Shown: positions 10,074 through 19,128 of the stretch, one piece after another | Layout: each line of letters opens with the position of its first letter | Numbering within the stretch: position 1 is the first letter of the stretch | Assembly: GCA_046536595.1 (NCBI GenBank) | Contig: JAWDMM010000001.1 | Coordinates: forward strand, 19,477-83,476 | Source of the DNA: Nitrososphaeria archaeon | GTDB lineage: Archaea; Thermoproteota; Nitrososphaeria; Conexivisphaerales; UBA164 | Direction: 5' to 3' | DNA: 64,000 nt | Notes under the pieces: model-generated | What the model saw: the letters and a program-made list of their open reading frames with translations, nothing else | Databases searched by the model: none | What the model was told of the DNA's origin: nothing | Position numbers and translations under genes: made by a program

Positions 10074-10259
10074 TTACTTTGTTTTTTGTTCTTCGGCATA
10101 AATCATGCTTATTATCATTGGCATGTTATCGCGAGGACAAAGCCCCGACTGTTTTAAAACATAATCGCCTTCTTTAAACTCTCTTTTTATCTTGTATCCG
10201 CATTTAGGACACTCCTCTATGCTAAAATACTTTACCTGAGGCGTTTTTTGTCTCATCAT
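10074..10259 (-). CDS. Small Cys-containing protein (61 aa), possibly zinc-ribbon-like
   Basis: Contains 'CPKCGYKIK...GLCPRD'. It overlaps the upstream DUF1512-like gene by 4 nt (atga), which suggests translational coupling. Confidence 0.4.
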   Translation of the reverse strand: MMRQKTPQVKYFSIEECPKCGYKIKREFKEGDYVLKQSGLCPRDNMPMIISMIYAEEQKTK

Positions 10260-11386
10260 TGAGCAACACCTAAAGTATTTCCAACTCCTATTATTATTGC
10301 TGAACCGCCTTCAGGTACGTTTTTGTTGATGACGTCCGTAACAGCTTCTCTCGCCTTTTTTGCAGCTTCAGCTATATCTCTGGTCATTACAGCTATAGCT
10401 TCAAACAAGGATTCTTTTATTATAACTGCATATAGAGGTATCTTCTTTTCGGCAGCTATTTTTTCTATATTAAACTTCTCAGTTCCAATACCTCCTATAG
10501 CAGCCCCTATACCAATTGCAACATCTCCTGATTGCTCTCCTTCCAGCTTCAGCGCTGCATCTATCATTACTATTGCAGAAGCATCCTTAAACGGACCATC
10601 TAAAAGAAGTTGCAGAGCCTTGTCAGGATTGCCTACGTTAGCCATAGGCCCTTTTGCTTTTATGATGGCAACTCTTCTGTTGTTTATCGTTGTTTCCCCA
10701 AAAACCGTTTCTTCGTCCAGATAAACCTTGGATTTATCTCTTAACCATTCTGCCACAACCATAGGACCTATAGCATCCCCTAAAGGAAGAGATTTTTCAA
10801 GAGCGTTCATAGCTGAAAGATAAGCGTCAGCCTGCTTGACTATACTTGGGAGAATCATCTGTAACTGAGCTAAAAGGTAGATGTTGTCTGGAAATTTTTT
10901 GCCTATGAGGTAAAAGTGTCTTACGACTTTGTAGACGTAATCTAAAGCCGATGCTATTTCGAGCATGTTTAACACCGCAGTCTTTTCTATTTCGTTGGCA
11001 TTCTTCATTATTTCTTTTATCCTGTATTTTACTGTTTCATCCTGCACCCTCAATATGTGTTCCATTTTTTTAACTATTCCTACAGGATCTAAGTTAACAG
11101 GGAATATAGTTTGCATTTCAATCATACTTTCAATAACTTTCTGGCCATCTCCAGAAACCCCTTTTCTTTGAAGGTAAGACATCAGGTTTGACCTTGATTG
11201 ATCTGCGTCATATTTTAATTTAACAAGATACCTGTTAATATCAGCAATTATAGCATAACTTTGCAACCTTTGACCATAAACGATGAGTATTATATATGGG
11301 ACCCAGATTATAATCATGTATATTACAAATTGAATTGGGGAATTTGGCGTATAACCAAAAAGCAGATTAAAAGGGCTTCCGCTCAA
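10256..11386 (-). CDS. Membrane-anchored conserved archaeal protein, DUF1512-like (paralogue 1)
   Basis: 376 aa with an N-terminal TM helix ('IQFVIYMIIIWVPYIILIVYGQR'). It is clearly paralogous to ORF 55691-56779: both share 'YGQR(L/I)Q', 'DLDP.GI..K', 'KAKGP...VG.P', 'D(A)(A/G)LKLEGE' and the C-terminal 'VGVGNT(L/I)GV'. The DUF1512 family name is from memory. Confidence 0.6.
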   Translation of the reverse strand: MSGSPFNLLFGYTPNSPIQFVIYMIIIWVPYIILIVYGQRLQSYAIIADINRYLVKLKYDADQSRSNLMSYLQRKGVSGDGQKVIESMIEMQTIFPVNLDPVGIVKKMEHILRVQDETVKYRIKEIMKNANEIEKTAVLNMLEIASALDYVYKVVRHFYLIGKKFPDNIYLLAQLQMILPSIVKQADAYLSAMNALEKSLPLGDAIGPMVVAEWLRDKSKVYLDEETVFGETTINNRRVAIIKAKGPMANVGNPDKALQLLLDGPFKDASAIVMIDAALKLEGEQSGDVAIGIGAAIGGIGTEKFNIEKIAAEKKIPLYAVIIKESLFEAIAVMTRDIAEAAKKAREAVTDVINKNVPEGGSAIIIGVGNTLGVAQ

Positions 11387-11394
11387 ATTTAAAG

Positions 11395-11607
11395 CTACGC
11401 CACCTTTTTTATGTTGTACCTTTTAATTTCTTCTGGACCATAAACCCCAAACGTTCCGTTTTTCCATCTAATCTTTATGTATATTTTCCCCTGGATTTCT
11501 ACATAATTAACTACTATCCCTTCAACGTTTAGGTCTGTCTTGACCCTATCGTTGATCTTAAACATGTTTAACAGCTGTTTATTCATACTCATAGTTAGTT
11601 TGTACAT
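11395..11607 (-). CDS. Small hypothetical protein (70 aa)
   Basis: Supported only as an ORF. It lies 8 nt upstream of the DUF1512-like gene on the same strand. The beta-rich sequence ('VEGIVVNYVEIQGKIYIKIRWKNG') looks like a small barrel. Confidence 0.35.
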   Translation of the reverse strand: MYKLTMSMNKQLLNMFKINDRVKTDLNVEGIVVNYVEIQGKIYIKIRWKNGTFGVYGPEEIKRYNIKKVA

Positions 11608-11794
11608 GGATTTTAAAGTTTTGCGCTGTTTTAATTAACGTTAAACAGATCTTTAAAACCAACAGAAAAGATGAATCCATCTTTAATTATTAATATATAA
11701 AAAATTTAAAAAATATTGTTTACGTAGCTTTTTAAAGCCGTTTATTCCTATAATATGTTCCTTAAGTTTTAGGAAAAAATTAAAATAAGATAGT

Positions 11795-12004
11795 ATGACA
11801 CCCTTTTACATGGATTATACATGTCCTGAATGTGGTGGGCCTCTTTTTTATGAAATTTCTACTAAAATGTATGTATGTAAAAAGTGCGGACTGTATGTAT
11901 CGAAGCAACAGCTCATTGAACTTTCCGATAAAAAAAGATTAAAACAGAAACTTGATACAAAAAAGGAATACCTGAACTGGTGGCTTAATGAGAAAAAGTC
12001 TTAA
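11795..12004 (+). CDS. Zinc-ribbon protein (autoantigen p27-like family)
   Basis: 69 aa. The 'CPECGGPLF...CKKCG' ribbon is followed by a basic tail. Confidence 0.5.
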   Translation: MTPFYMDYTCPECGGPLFYEISTKMYVCKKCGLYVSKQQLIELSDKKRLKQKLDTKKEYLNWWLNEKKS

Positions 12005-12275
12005 CGCCTTTAACGGTTTCTGATAATTTTCTTAAAAGTTCCTGCTTCTTCATCTTCTTTTCAACTTGAAAATAGTACGTTAGTTTCCAGTGTCTCTTAG
12101 GGTGCCTAGCTTGATGAACCTCATACTTTAAACCAAGCCTCTTTAAACCCTCTTCTATGCTTTCAGGCCTTGGAGTAGATAACGCTAGAGATTTGGGTAC
12201 TCTTCTTCCACCTCTTTTGCTTAAATTAGAGTCAAAATAATCTAACCAGATTACCTGCTTATCTTTCTCTTTCAT
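11985..12275 (-). CDS. srp19: Signal recognition particle protein SRP19
   Basis: 96 aa. 'VIWLDYFDSNLSKRGGRRVPK' is the canonical SRP19 N-terminus. Confidence 0.85.
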   Translation of the reverse strand: MKEKDKQVIWLDYFDSNLSKRGGRRVPKSLALSTPRPESIEEGLKRLGLKYEVHQARHPKRHWKLTYYFQVEKKMKKQELLRKLSETVKGVKTFSH

Positions 12276-12276
12276 T

Positions 12277-13230
12277 CTAATTCTCCAATTTCTTTAAAAG
12301 ATTTAATCTTTTTATTATGTTTGGATGGGTTGAAAATAACTCTTCTATCTTTTCCCATGTGCTCATTTTTCTAGATGAAACGTATTCTATAGCTTCTTCC
12401 ATTGAAAGATTTTTCAAGTCATCCGGGTTTAACGAGGATGGATCTATTATGAAAAGAGCTCTGGTTGTTGATGTAACTTTTGCTTCTTTTGGTTTCCTGT
12501 TATGAACTACATAAGAATAAATGTAAAGCTTAGCCAACGCTCCCCTCAGCTTTTTAGCTCCGTCATCTACGACTTGCGTGGCGTGTATGTCTGCATAAGT
12601 TTCTCGGCTCCTGCTGAATGCTAGAACAAACAGGTTGAGTATGAAATATCCTATAAAGGATAAGAATCCGATTATAGCCAGAACGTTGGTGTTTCCTCTT
12701 TCATCAAAGAAAGAGCTCAGCATAAATGTATAAGCTATATAGTAAAGGATTGCTGGCAGAACAGAAACAAAAAGCATAACTTGCACGTCCCTGTGCCTTA
12801 TATGACCCAGTTCATGACCTAAAACAGCTTCTATTTCCTGTGTATTCAGTATCCTTAAAAGGCCTCTTGTCACAGCCACTCTGTTACCTGTTAAAGGAGA
12901 ACCATACGCAAAAGCATTGGGCATGTCTATGTCAGCGATCATGAGTTTGGGTTCTTTAATGCCAGCTCTCTCTGAAACCCTGTGTATAGCGTCGCGAACT
13001 TCCGGCAATTCCCCTGGTTTTGCTTCCCTGACATGATAGATCAGGTCAATGAGCTTTGGACCATAAAGCCACTCTACTATGTTGATGATTGCCACAAAAC
13101 CCGTTATGATAAAGATGTTGGTAATTCCCGCTAAGGACAGAATGAAGCCGATAAAGAGCGCTGTAAAGCCTACAATAAGAACCAACGTTAAATACATTGA
13201 TAACCTGAATTTAAAGAACCCTAAATCCAT
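12277..13230 (-). CDS. htpX: HtpX-like M48 zinc metalloprotease
   Basis: 317 aa with multiple TM helices, the zinc motif 'HELGHIRHRD' and 'STHPNIIKR'. Confidence 0.9.
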   Translation of the reverse strand: MDLGFFKFRLSMYLTLVLIVGFTALFIGFILSLAGITNIFIITGFVAIINIVEWLYGPKLIDLIYHVREAKPGELPEVRDAIHRVSERAGIKEPKLMIADIDMPNAFAYGSPLTGNRVAVTRGLLRILNTQEIEAVLGHELGHIRHRDVQVMLFVSVLPAILYYIAYTFMLSSFFDERGNTNVLAIIGFLSFIGYFILNLFVLAFSRSRETYADIHATQVVDDGAKKLRGALAKLYIYSYVVHNRKPKEAKVTSTTRALFIIDPSSLNPDDLKNLSMEEAIEYVSSRKMSTWEKIEELFSTHPNIIKRLNLLKKLEN

Positions 13231-13354
13231 AATGAGGCTTATTAAAATAGCTTATTTAAGCTTTTTTGAATTTTGCTCTTTTATAAATAAAAACTGTATT
13301 ATAGTTCTTGCGTGTTTTTTGTGTAAGAAACAATAAATATAGCGTGATCATAGT

Positions 13355-14374
13355 ATGATTATGATAAAAAAGATTTTGAACAAACCTGGAGAAGAAGTGC
13401 GCGAAATGCTTGAAGGACTGGTCATGGCTTTCCCAGAACTTATAGAACTAGATCCAAAGTACAACAACATATACAGAAAGTGCAAGAAAAAAGACAGGGT
13501 AGCCATAATTACTGGAGGAGGCAGCGGACATGAGCCAGCTTATGGCGGCTTTGTAGGTTACGGGATGCTGGACGCTGCAATAGCGGGAGCTGTCTTTACA
13601 TCACCTTCAACCATGCAGATTTATCAAGCAATGAAAACAGTTGCAACGAAAAAGGGCGTTCTTTCTTTAATAATGAATTATACAGGAGATAAAATAAATT
13701 TTAAAGCTGCTATGAAGCTGGCTGAAGATGATGGTATAAAAACAGAGCTCGTTATATCTAACGATGACGTTGCCCTTAAAGATAAGCAAATGAGAAGAGG
13801 CACTACGATCACTGTTCTTGCACAAAAGATAGCTGGAGCTGCCGCTGAAGAAGGTATGGAAATTACAGAAGTTAAACGGGTAGCCCAGAAGGTAATAGAT
13901 AATGGTAGAGATGTAGGGGTGGCTCTAACGCCCTGCAGCGTTCCAGCAGCTGGTAAGTATTCTTTTGAACTTAAGGAAGACGAAATAGAATTCGGTATAG
14001 GCATCCATGGAGAACCTGGCGTACAAAGGATAAAGTACGTTCCATCTGCGGAACTTGCAAAAATTATGGTGGATAAGCTAGTTGAAGATTTGAACGTTAA
14101 AAAAGGAGATGAGATAATAGTTGTTGTGCAGGGGACAGGGGGAACGCCATACATGGAAAAGCTTGTTTTTTACAGAGACGTAATGAATTATCTGAATAGC
14201 TTAGGCCTTAAAACGTATGCAAGCTGGGTAGGAGAGTTTTTAACCTCTATAGAGATGCAGGGCGCCAGAGTTGCAATTTTGAAAGTTGATGAAGAAATGA
14301 AGAGATTGTTTTCTGCGCAGGCTCTTACGCCTGTGATAAAGACCATTCCTATGGCCAGTACGGTGATGTCTTGA
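13355..14374 (+). CDS. dhaK: Dihydroxyacetone kinase, DhaK (substrate-binding) subunit
   Basis: 339 aa. Carries 'ITGGGSGHEPAYGGFVGYGMLDAAIAGAVFTSPS' and 'GIGIHGEPG'. Confidence 0.9.
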   Translation: MIMIKKILNKPGEEVREMLEGLVMAFPELIELDPKYNNIYRKCKKKDRVAIITGGGSGHEPAYGGFVGYGMLDAAIAGAVFTSPSTMQIYQAMKTVATKKGVLSLIMNYTGDKINFKAAMKLAEDDGIKTELVISNDDVALKDKQMRRGTTITVLAQKIAGAAAEEGMEITEVKRVAQKVIDNGRDVGVALTPCSVPAAGKYSFELKEDEIEFGIGIHGEPGVQRIKYVPSAELAKIMVDKLVEDLNVKKGDEIIVVVQGTGGTPYMEKLVFYRDVMNYLNSLGLKTYASWVGEFLTSIEMQGARVAILKVDEEMKRLFSAQALTPVIKTIPMASTVMS

Positions 14375-14982
14375 TGAACTTTGATGCAGATTTCTTCAAG
14401 TGTTTTTTGAGACGCGCTTCCACTGAAATTCAGAAAAATGAAAAGTTACTTACTGAACTGGATTCGGAAATTGGAGATTCTGATTTTGGTGTGAACATAA
14501 GCAGAGGCTTTAAAGCCCTAGATAAAGACCTAAATTCTAACGAGATATGGGAACTTTTAGATGAAGCTGGGAAGACAATAATGGAAGAAGCTTCTGGAAC
14601 GTTTGGAACGCTTTTTGGCTCTATGCTGGTAGCTATGGGAAGGGTCTCAAAAGGAAAAAAGAAATTAACGTTAAAAGATCTTAAAATTATGTTTGAAGAA
14701 GCAATAAAAACTGTCGAAGAGCTGGGAGGCGCTAAAAGAGGACAAAAAACTTTTTTGGACGTGCTCTATCCTTTTACGGAGAACCTAGAAGAAAAAGCAC
14801 AAGTGGAAACTGTTTTAGACAGAGCTATAAAAGCAGCTGAAGAAGGTATGAACTCAACAAAAAATATGGTCGCAACCATCGGAAGGGCAAGTTACTATGG
14901 AGAAAACAGCAAGGGACATTTAGACCCAGGAGCCGTAGCTATGTACTTGATACTAAAAGGAATTAAAGGTTGTTTAAAGTAA
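14371..14982 (+). CDS. dhaL: Dihydroxyacetone kinase, DhaL (nucleotide-binding) subunit
   Basis: 203 aa. 'LDSEIGDSDFGVNISRGF' is the DhaL Asp-rich Mg-nucleotide motif. It overlaps dhaK by 4 nt. Confidence 0.85.
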   Translation: MMNFDADFFKCFLRRASTEIQKNEKLLTELDSEIGDSDFGVNISRGFKALDKDLNSNEIWELLDEAGKTIMEEASGTFGTLFGSMLVAMGRVSKGKKKLTLKDLKIMFEEAIKTVEELGGAKRGQKTFLDVLYPFTENLEEKAQVETVLDRAIKAAEEGMNSTKNMVATIGRASYYGENSKGHLDPGAVAMYLILKGIKGCLK

Positions 14983-15032
14983 TCTTTGTTTGTTGAGAAA
15001 TGTGTAAATCTGTAAAAAAATAATAATGAGCT

Positions 15033-15887
15033 ATGAGTTTGGTAAAAGGTATCATCACGCCGATGATAACTCCTGTAAGAAATGACGATATAAACGTAGA
15101 TGATCTTGATTCGCTCTTAACCTTCTTAAAAAATATTGGAGTAAAAGGCATATTCCCGATGGGTTCTACAGGGCTTTTTGCGTTCTTTAGCTTTGATAAG
15201 CATAAAAAGATGCTTGAAGCGACGATCAAACGTAAGCCTTCAGGCATTGCAGCCTATGCAGGAGTAAGCAGAAACAATTTTGAAGAAACCATGAGTATGA
15301 TCAAAACATCAAAAGATCTGGGCTATGATGCTGCTGTTGTGGTTGTACCATATTATTTCAAAATAAGTCAGGAAACAATACTTTCCTACCTAAATAGGGT
15401 ATCAAAGATCGATATGCCAGTAATTATATATAACATACCTCAATTTACTGGTAATGCGATAATGCCTGAAACATTGTCAAAGCTGATAAAAGAAAACAAC
15501 AATGTTAAAGGGTTAAAGGACAGTTCTGGCGATCTAAGGACTTTTCAAATGTTTATAAATGAACTTCCAAAAGACTTTTACGTATATCAGGGACAGGATG
15601 ATCTTTTGCTGCCCTCAGTTAGCATAGGTGCCGCAGGGGGCGTATGTGGAACATCCAACTTTTCAGATAAAATAGTCAAAGTTTATGATGAAAGATCGGT
15701 TAAAGTACACAGGGAAATTGTCAAAATTATGAAAAATTTAGCCCTTTACGAGTTTCCAAAGCCTTATTATTATCTCTTTAGAAAAATAGTGTTAAAAGAA
15801 GCAAATCCGAAAAATTACATGCCTTTCCCATTAAACGATTTAGAAGAGTCGCAGGAAAAAGCCCTTGATGAGGTTTTACAAATATGA
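15033..15887 (+). CDS. 2-keto-3-deoxygluconate (KDG/KDPG) aldolase, DHDPS/NAL family
   Basis: 284 aa. Carries 'MGSTGLF', 'IYNIPQFTG' and 'GLKDSSGD' (the Schiff-base Lys region). It overlaps the glucose dehydrogenase gene by 4 nt. Confidence 0.8.
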   Translation: MSLVKGIITPMITPVRNDDINVDDLDSLLTFLKNIGVKGIFPMGSTGLFAFFSFDKHKKMLEATIKRKPSGIAAYAGVSRNNFEETMSMIKTSKDLGYDAAVVVVPYYFKISQETILSYLNRVSKIDMPVIIYNIPQFTGNAIMPETLSKLIKENNNVKGLKDSSGDLRTFQMFINELPKDFYVYQGQDDLLLPSVSIGAAGGVCGTSNFSDKIVKVYDERSVKVHREIVKIMKNLALYEFPKPYYYLFRKIVLKEANPKNYMPFPLNDLEESQEKALDEVLQI

Positions 15888-16972
15888 AGGGCATAGCAGT
15901 AAAGATAGGGCAAAAAGGCGCTTTTTTGACAGAAGTTAAGCCTCCTGACAAACCCGTAAACGAACAAGTTCTCTTAAAGACCCTTTATACTGGGGTCTGC
16001 GGAACTGACAGGGGCATAATAAATGGACTACTTAACTTCGCAAGACCTGAAGCTGGCAAAGATTTACTGGTGCTGGGTCATGAAGGACTTGCACAGGTTA
16101 TGGATACTGGTGAAAACGTTAAATCTTTAAAACCAGGTGATCTAGTTGTTCCTATTGTTAGAAGGCCTGGAAAATGTATCCAGTGCAAAATTGGAAGGCA
16201 AGATAACTGCGAAGATGGAGATTTTGTAGAAGCGGGTATAAGAGGCAAAGATGGTTTTATGAGAGAATATTTTATAGATGATGAAGAATACCTTGTAAAA
16301 GTAAAAGATAAAAATTTGGGTAAACTGGCCGTTTTAACCGAACCTTTAAAAAATCTGGTAAAGGCCTACGAGGTTTATAAAACTGTTTCTAACAGGTCTA
16401 TAAAAACATGTTCAGACAGTACATATCAATGTAAAAAAGTAATTATAATAGGTGCAGGCCCTATAGGAATTCTATTTTCTATGCTGTTCATTACTCACGG
16501 GTTTCAAGTTACCTTGATATCGAGAAGCGATAAAGAAGGCGTGGCTTCAAACATATGCAAAAAAATTGGCGCTGATTTTATTCAAGAAGATGCAATGAAA
16601 ATCGATGTAAAAAGCCTGGTATCTGACATATTTATCGACACAACTGGTAGGCCAGAAATAGTTGGAAAAGGAATTCAAGCAATTAAACATAACGGAGTAG
16701 AGATATTATTTGGAACCACGTTAGCTGGAAACTTTAACATAACCGGTGAAATGTTGACTGAAGTTGTTGAGAAAAACATAACTATCTTTGGAACTGTAGA
16801 CGGAGCAAAACAACATTACATTGAAGCGCTAAACTATCTTTCCATGTGGAAGGAGATTTATGGAAACCTTTTAGAAGAAATAATTACTGATGAAGACGTT
16901 CCTGAAGGAAGTATAGAAGCGCTTAATGGTGATGGAAAAGGAGAAATAAAAAGAATAATCAGATGGTCTTAG
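15884..16972 (+). CDS. gdh: Glucose 1-dehydrogenase (zinc MDR family, Thermoplasma type)
   Basis: 362 aa. 'GVCGTDRG', 'VLGHEGLAQV', 'RRPGKCIQCKIGRQDNCEDG', 'AVLTEPLKN' and the C-terminal 'GEIKRIIRW' closely parallel the T. acidophilum enzyme as I remember it. Confidence 0.9.
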   Translation: MKGIAVKIGQKGAFLTEVKPPDKPVNEQVLLKTLYTGVCGTDRGIINGLLNFARPEAGKDLLVLGHEGLAQVMDTGENVKSLKPGDLVVPIVRRPGKCIQCKIGRQDNCEDGDFVEAGIRGKDGFMREYFIDDEEYLVKVKDKNLGKLAVLTEPLKNLVKAYEVYKTVSNRSIKTCSDSTYQCKKVIIIGAGPIGILFSMLFITHGFQVTLISRSDKEGVASNICKKIGADFIQEDAMKIDVKSLVSDIFIDTTGRPEIVGKGIQAIKHNGVEILFGTTLAGNFNITGEMLTEVVEKNITIFGTVDGAKQHYIEALNYLSMWKEIYGNLLEEIITDEDVPEGSIEALNGDGKGEIKRIIRWS

Positions 16973-18146
16973 TTAACCATGTCCCTCTGACTACCCATAC
17001 TGGTTCATTTGGGTTAAACTCTTCTTTTCCAGCTGTCCTGTAGTTTTCTACAACACTTTCATCAATTTCTATGGAAAGACCTGGACCATCGTTAACCTTA
17101 TAGTACCCGTTGACTACCGGCGTCATGTTTTTCACAAGATTTCTTTTCCATTCAGGAAAATAATCATAGAAAGATTCTTGTATTAAAAGACCGGGAACCA
17201 ATGCATCGAACTGAATCGTTGCCGCGTTTTGAACAGGACCGAACGCGTTGTGAGGCGCTAATAGCACTCCATAAGCTTCTGTTATTGCAGAAAGCTTCTT
17301 TAGTTCAGTAAAGCCACCGATGTTACATATATCAGGCTGCAGCACATCAACCAGGTCTTCAGATATATATTCAAGACCCTGTTCTTTTGATATTATTCTT
17401 TCTCCAAGCGCGACCCTAACTGATGATTTGGCCCTGTAATCCCTTAAACCCATCATATTCCATGGATGGACAGGTTCTTCCATAAAAAGCGGGTCATACT
17501 GTGAAAGTTCATTTGCTATTTTTACAGCAGCATCTGGATTAAACCTGCCGTGATGCTCGATCATAAGATAAACGTGGTCTCCCACAGCTTCTCTCACGCT
17601 TTTTACTATTTCAGATGCCCTCTTGAGAGCTTCATCGGAAATAGAATCCCATTCTCCTCCAAATGGATCAAACTTAAGCCCTTTATAGCCCTTGTTCACT
17701 GTTTCTTTAGCCTTAGCTGAAAAATCATCCGGCGTTTTACAGTTGCTGTACCACCCATTCGCATAAACAGGAATCCTGTCCCTAACTTTGCCACCTAGCA
17801 GCTTGTAAACTGGCTCCTTCATGTATTTACCTAATATATCGTATAATGCGATGTCAACAGCGCTTAGCGCCGTAGTTGACTCAAAGGAACTGTGAAGGTA
17901 GAAATCATGTTTCTCCCATTCTTTCATATTAGCTTCAATTTCAAACGCATCTTTTCCAACATAAACTTTAGAAACTTCTCTGATTGATTCAACGACTGGA
18001 CCAACCCTCAGAGTTGGTACAGCTTCACCATAACCTACCATACCATCAGAAGTTTCGACCCGTACAAGTATCATCAATGATGCCCATGTAGCCGGGCCGC
18101 TTTTTTCTCCTAAAACTATGGGTTCTATATTCTGTATTTTGCTCAT
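16959..18146 (-). CDS. Gluconate dehydratase (enolase superfamily, MR/MLE type)
   Basis: 395 aa. It has an enolase-superfamily layout ('GYGEA', 'KFDPFG', 'MIEHHGRFN', 'FMEEPV', 'ALGERI') and sits among np-ED genes. Confidence 0.8.
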   Translation of the reverse strand: MSKIQNIEPIVLGEKSGPATWASLMILVRVETSDGMVGYGEAVPTLRVGPVVESIREVSKVYVGKDAFEIEANMKEWEKHDFYLHSSFESTTALSAVDIALYDILGKYMKEPVYKLLGGKVRDRIPVYANGWYSNCKTPDDFSAKAKETVNKGYKGLKFDPFGGEWDSISDEALKRASEIVKSVREAVGDHVYLMIEHHGRFNPDAAVKIANELSQYDPLFMEEPVHPWNMMGLRDYRAKSSVRVALGERIISKEQGLEYISEDLVDVLQPDICNIGGFTELKKLSAITEAYGVLLAPHNAFGPVQNAATIQFDALVPGLLIQESFYDYFPEWKRNLVKNMTPVVNGYYKVNDGPGLSIEIDESVVENYRTAGKEEFNPNEPVWVVRGTWLTKTI

Positions 18147-18247
18147 ATCTTTTATAATTATGATTCCAGTATAAACGCGTTATTAATCTAATTTTAATAA
18201 AATTATTTTTAAAGCTTAAATCTGCGTTAAAACTTAAAATAAACGGT

Positions 18248-19099
18248 TTGGAAATAAAAATAATTTACAAAAAGATAAACAAGCTAGGAGAAGGTCCTTT
18301 GTATGACGAGATAAAAGATTTGATTTATTGGGTCGACATAGAGAACAAAAAAATTTACGCATCAAAAACTTTTGAAGAAAAAATAACACACATCGATATG
18401 CCGGAAATGGTATCGGCCGTTTTTTTAACAAATAAAGAAGAAATAATCGCTAGCGCGGGTCATTCGCTCTATCTTATAGATAGCGGTAAAAAGTTAAAAA
18501 AATTAGCAGAAATAGAAAACGACGTTAATACAAGGTTTAACGACGGAAAGGTTAGCCCCGATGGTTTAATAATTGTCGGCACAATGGATCTTAATCAAAA
18601 AAGACCAATTGGATCTCTCTATTCTTTTAACGGTAAAATCTTCAAAAAAATTTTGAAAGAGATGACAATTTCAAACGGCCTCGCATGGAACACAAAAAAG
18701 AAAATTTTTTACATTATAGATTCGCCAACAAAAAAGGTAATGTCTTATGAATATGACAGAATGATGAACTTAAAATATGCGGGAATTGCTGCTGATTTAA
18801 ATAACGAAGAAGGCGTTCCTGATGGCATGACGATTGATAAAGAAGGCATGCTTTGGATAGCTATGTGGGGAGGGGGTAAGGTAATTCGCTGGGATCCAGA
18901 TGAAAATAAAAAACTGATCGAAATAAAAGTCCCGGCAAAAAAGACATCTTCGTGCAATTTTGGGGACAGAGATCTTAAGACCTTATTCATAACCTCTGCA
19001 GATTCTCCGGATGACCTTGGGGGAAGCCTTTTTGCCATTAAAACTGAATATGAAGGAATTTATTCTTATAGATTTGATGTTAATAACATATCTTTTTAG
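18248..19099 (+). CDS. SMP-30/gluconolactonase-family lactonase
   Basis: 283 aa with a TTG start. 'LGEGPLYD', 'RFNDGKVSPDG', 'ISNGLAWN' and 'PDGMTIDKEGMLWIAMWGG' are typical six-bladed-propeller motifs. Confidence 0.8.
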   Translation: MEIKIIYKKINKLGEGPLYDEIKDLIYWVDIENKKIYASKTFEEKITHIDMPEMVSAVFLTNKEEIIASAGHSLYLIDSGKKLKKLAEIENDVNTRFNDGKVSPDGLIIVGTMDLNQKRPIGSLYSFNGKIFKKILKEMTISNGLAWNTKKKIFYIIDSPTKKVMSYEYDRMMNLKYAGIAADLNNEEGVPDGMTIDKEGMLWIAMWGGGKVIRWDPDENKKLIEIKVPAKKTSSCNFGDRDLKTLFITSADSPDDLGGSLFAIKTEYEGIYSYRFDVNNISF

Positions 19100-19128
19100 G
19101 ACTGATTAATAAGAAAACGTTTTTGTTT

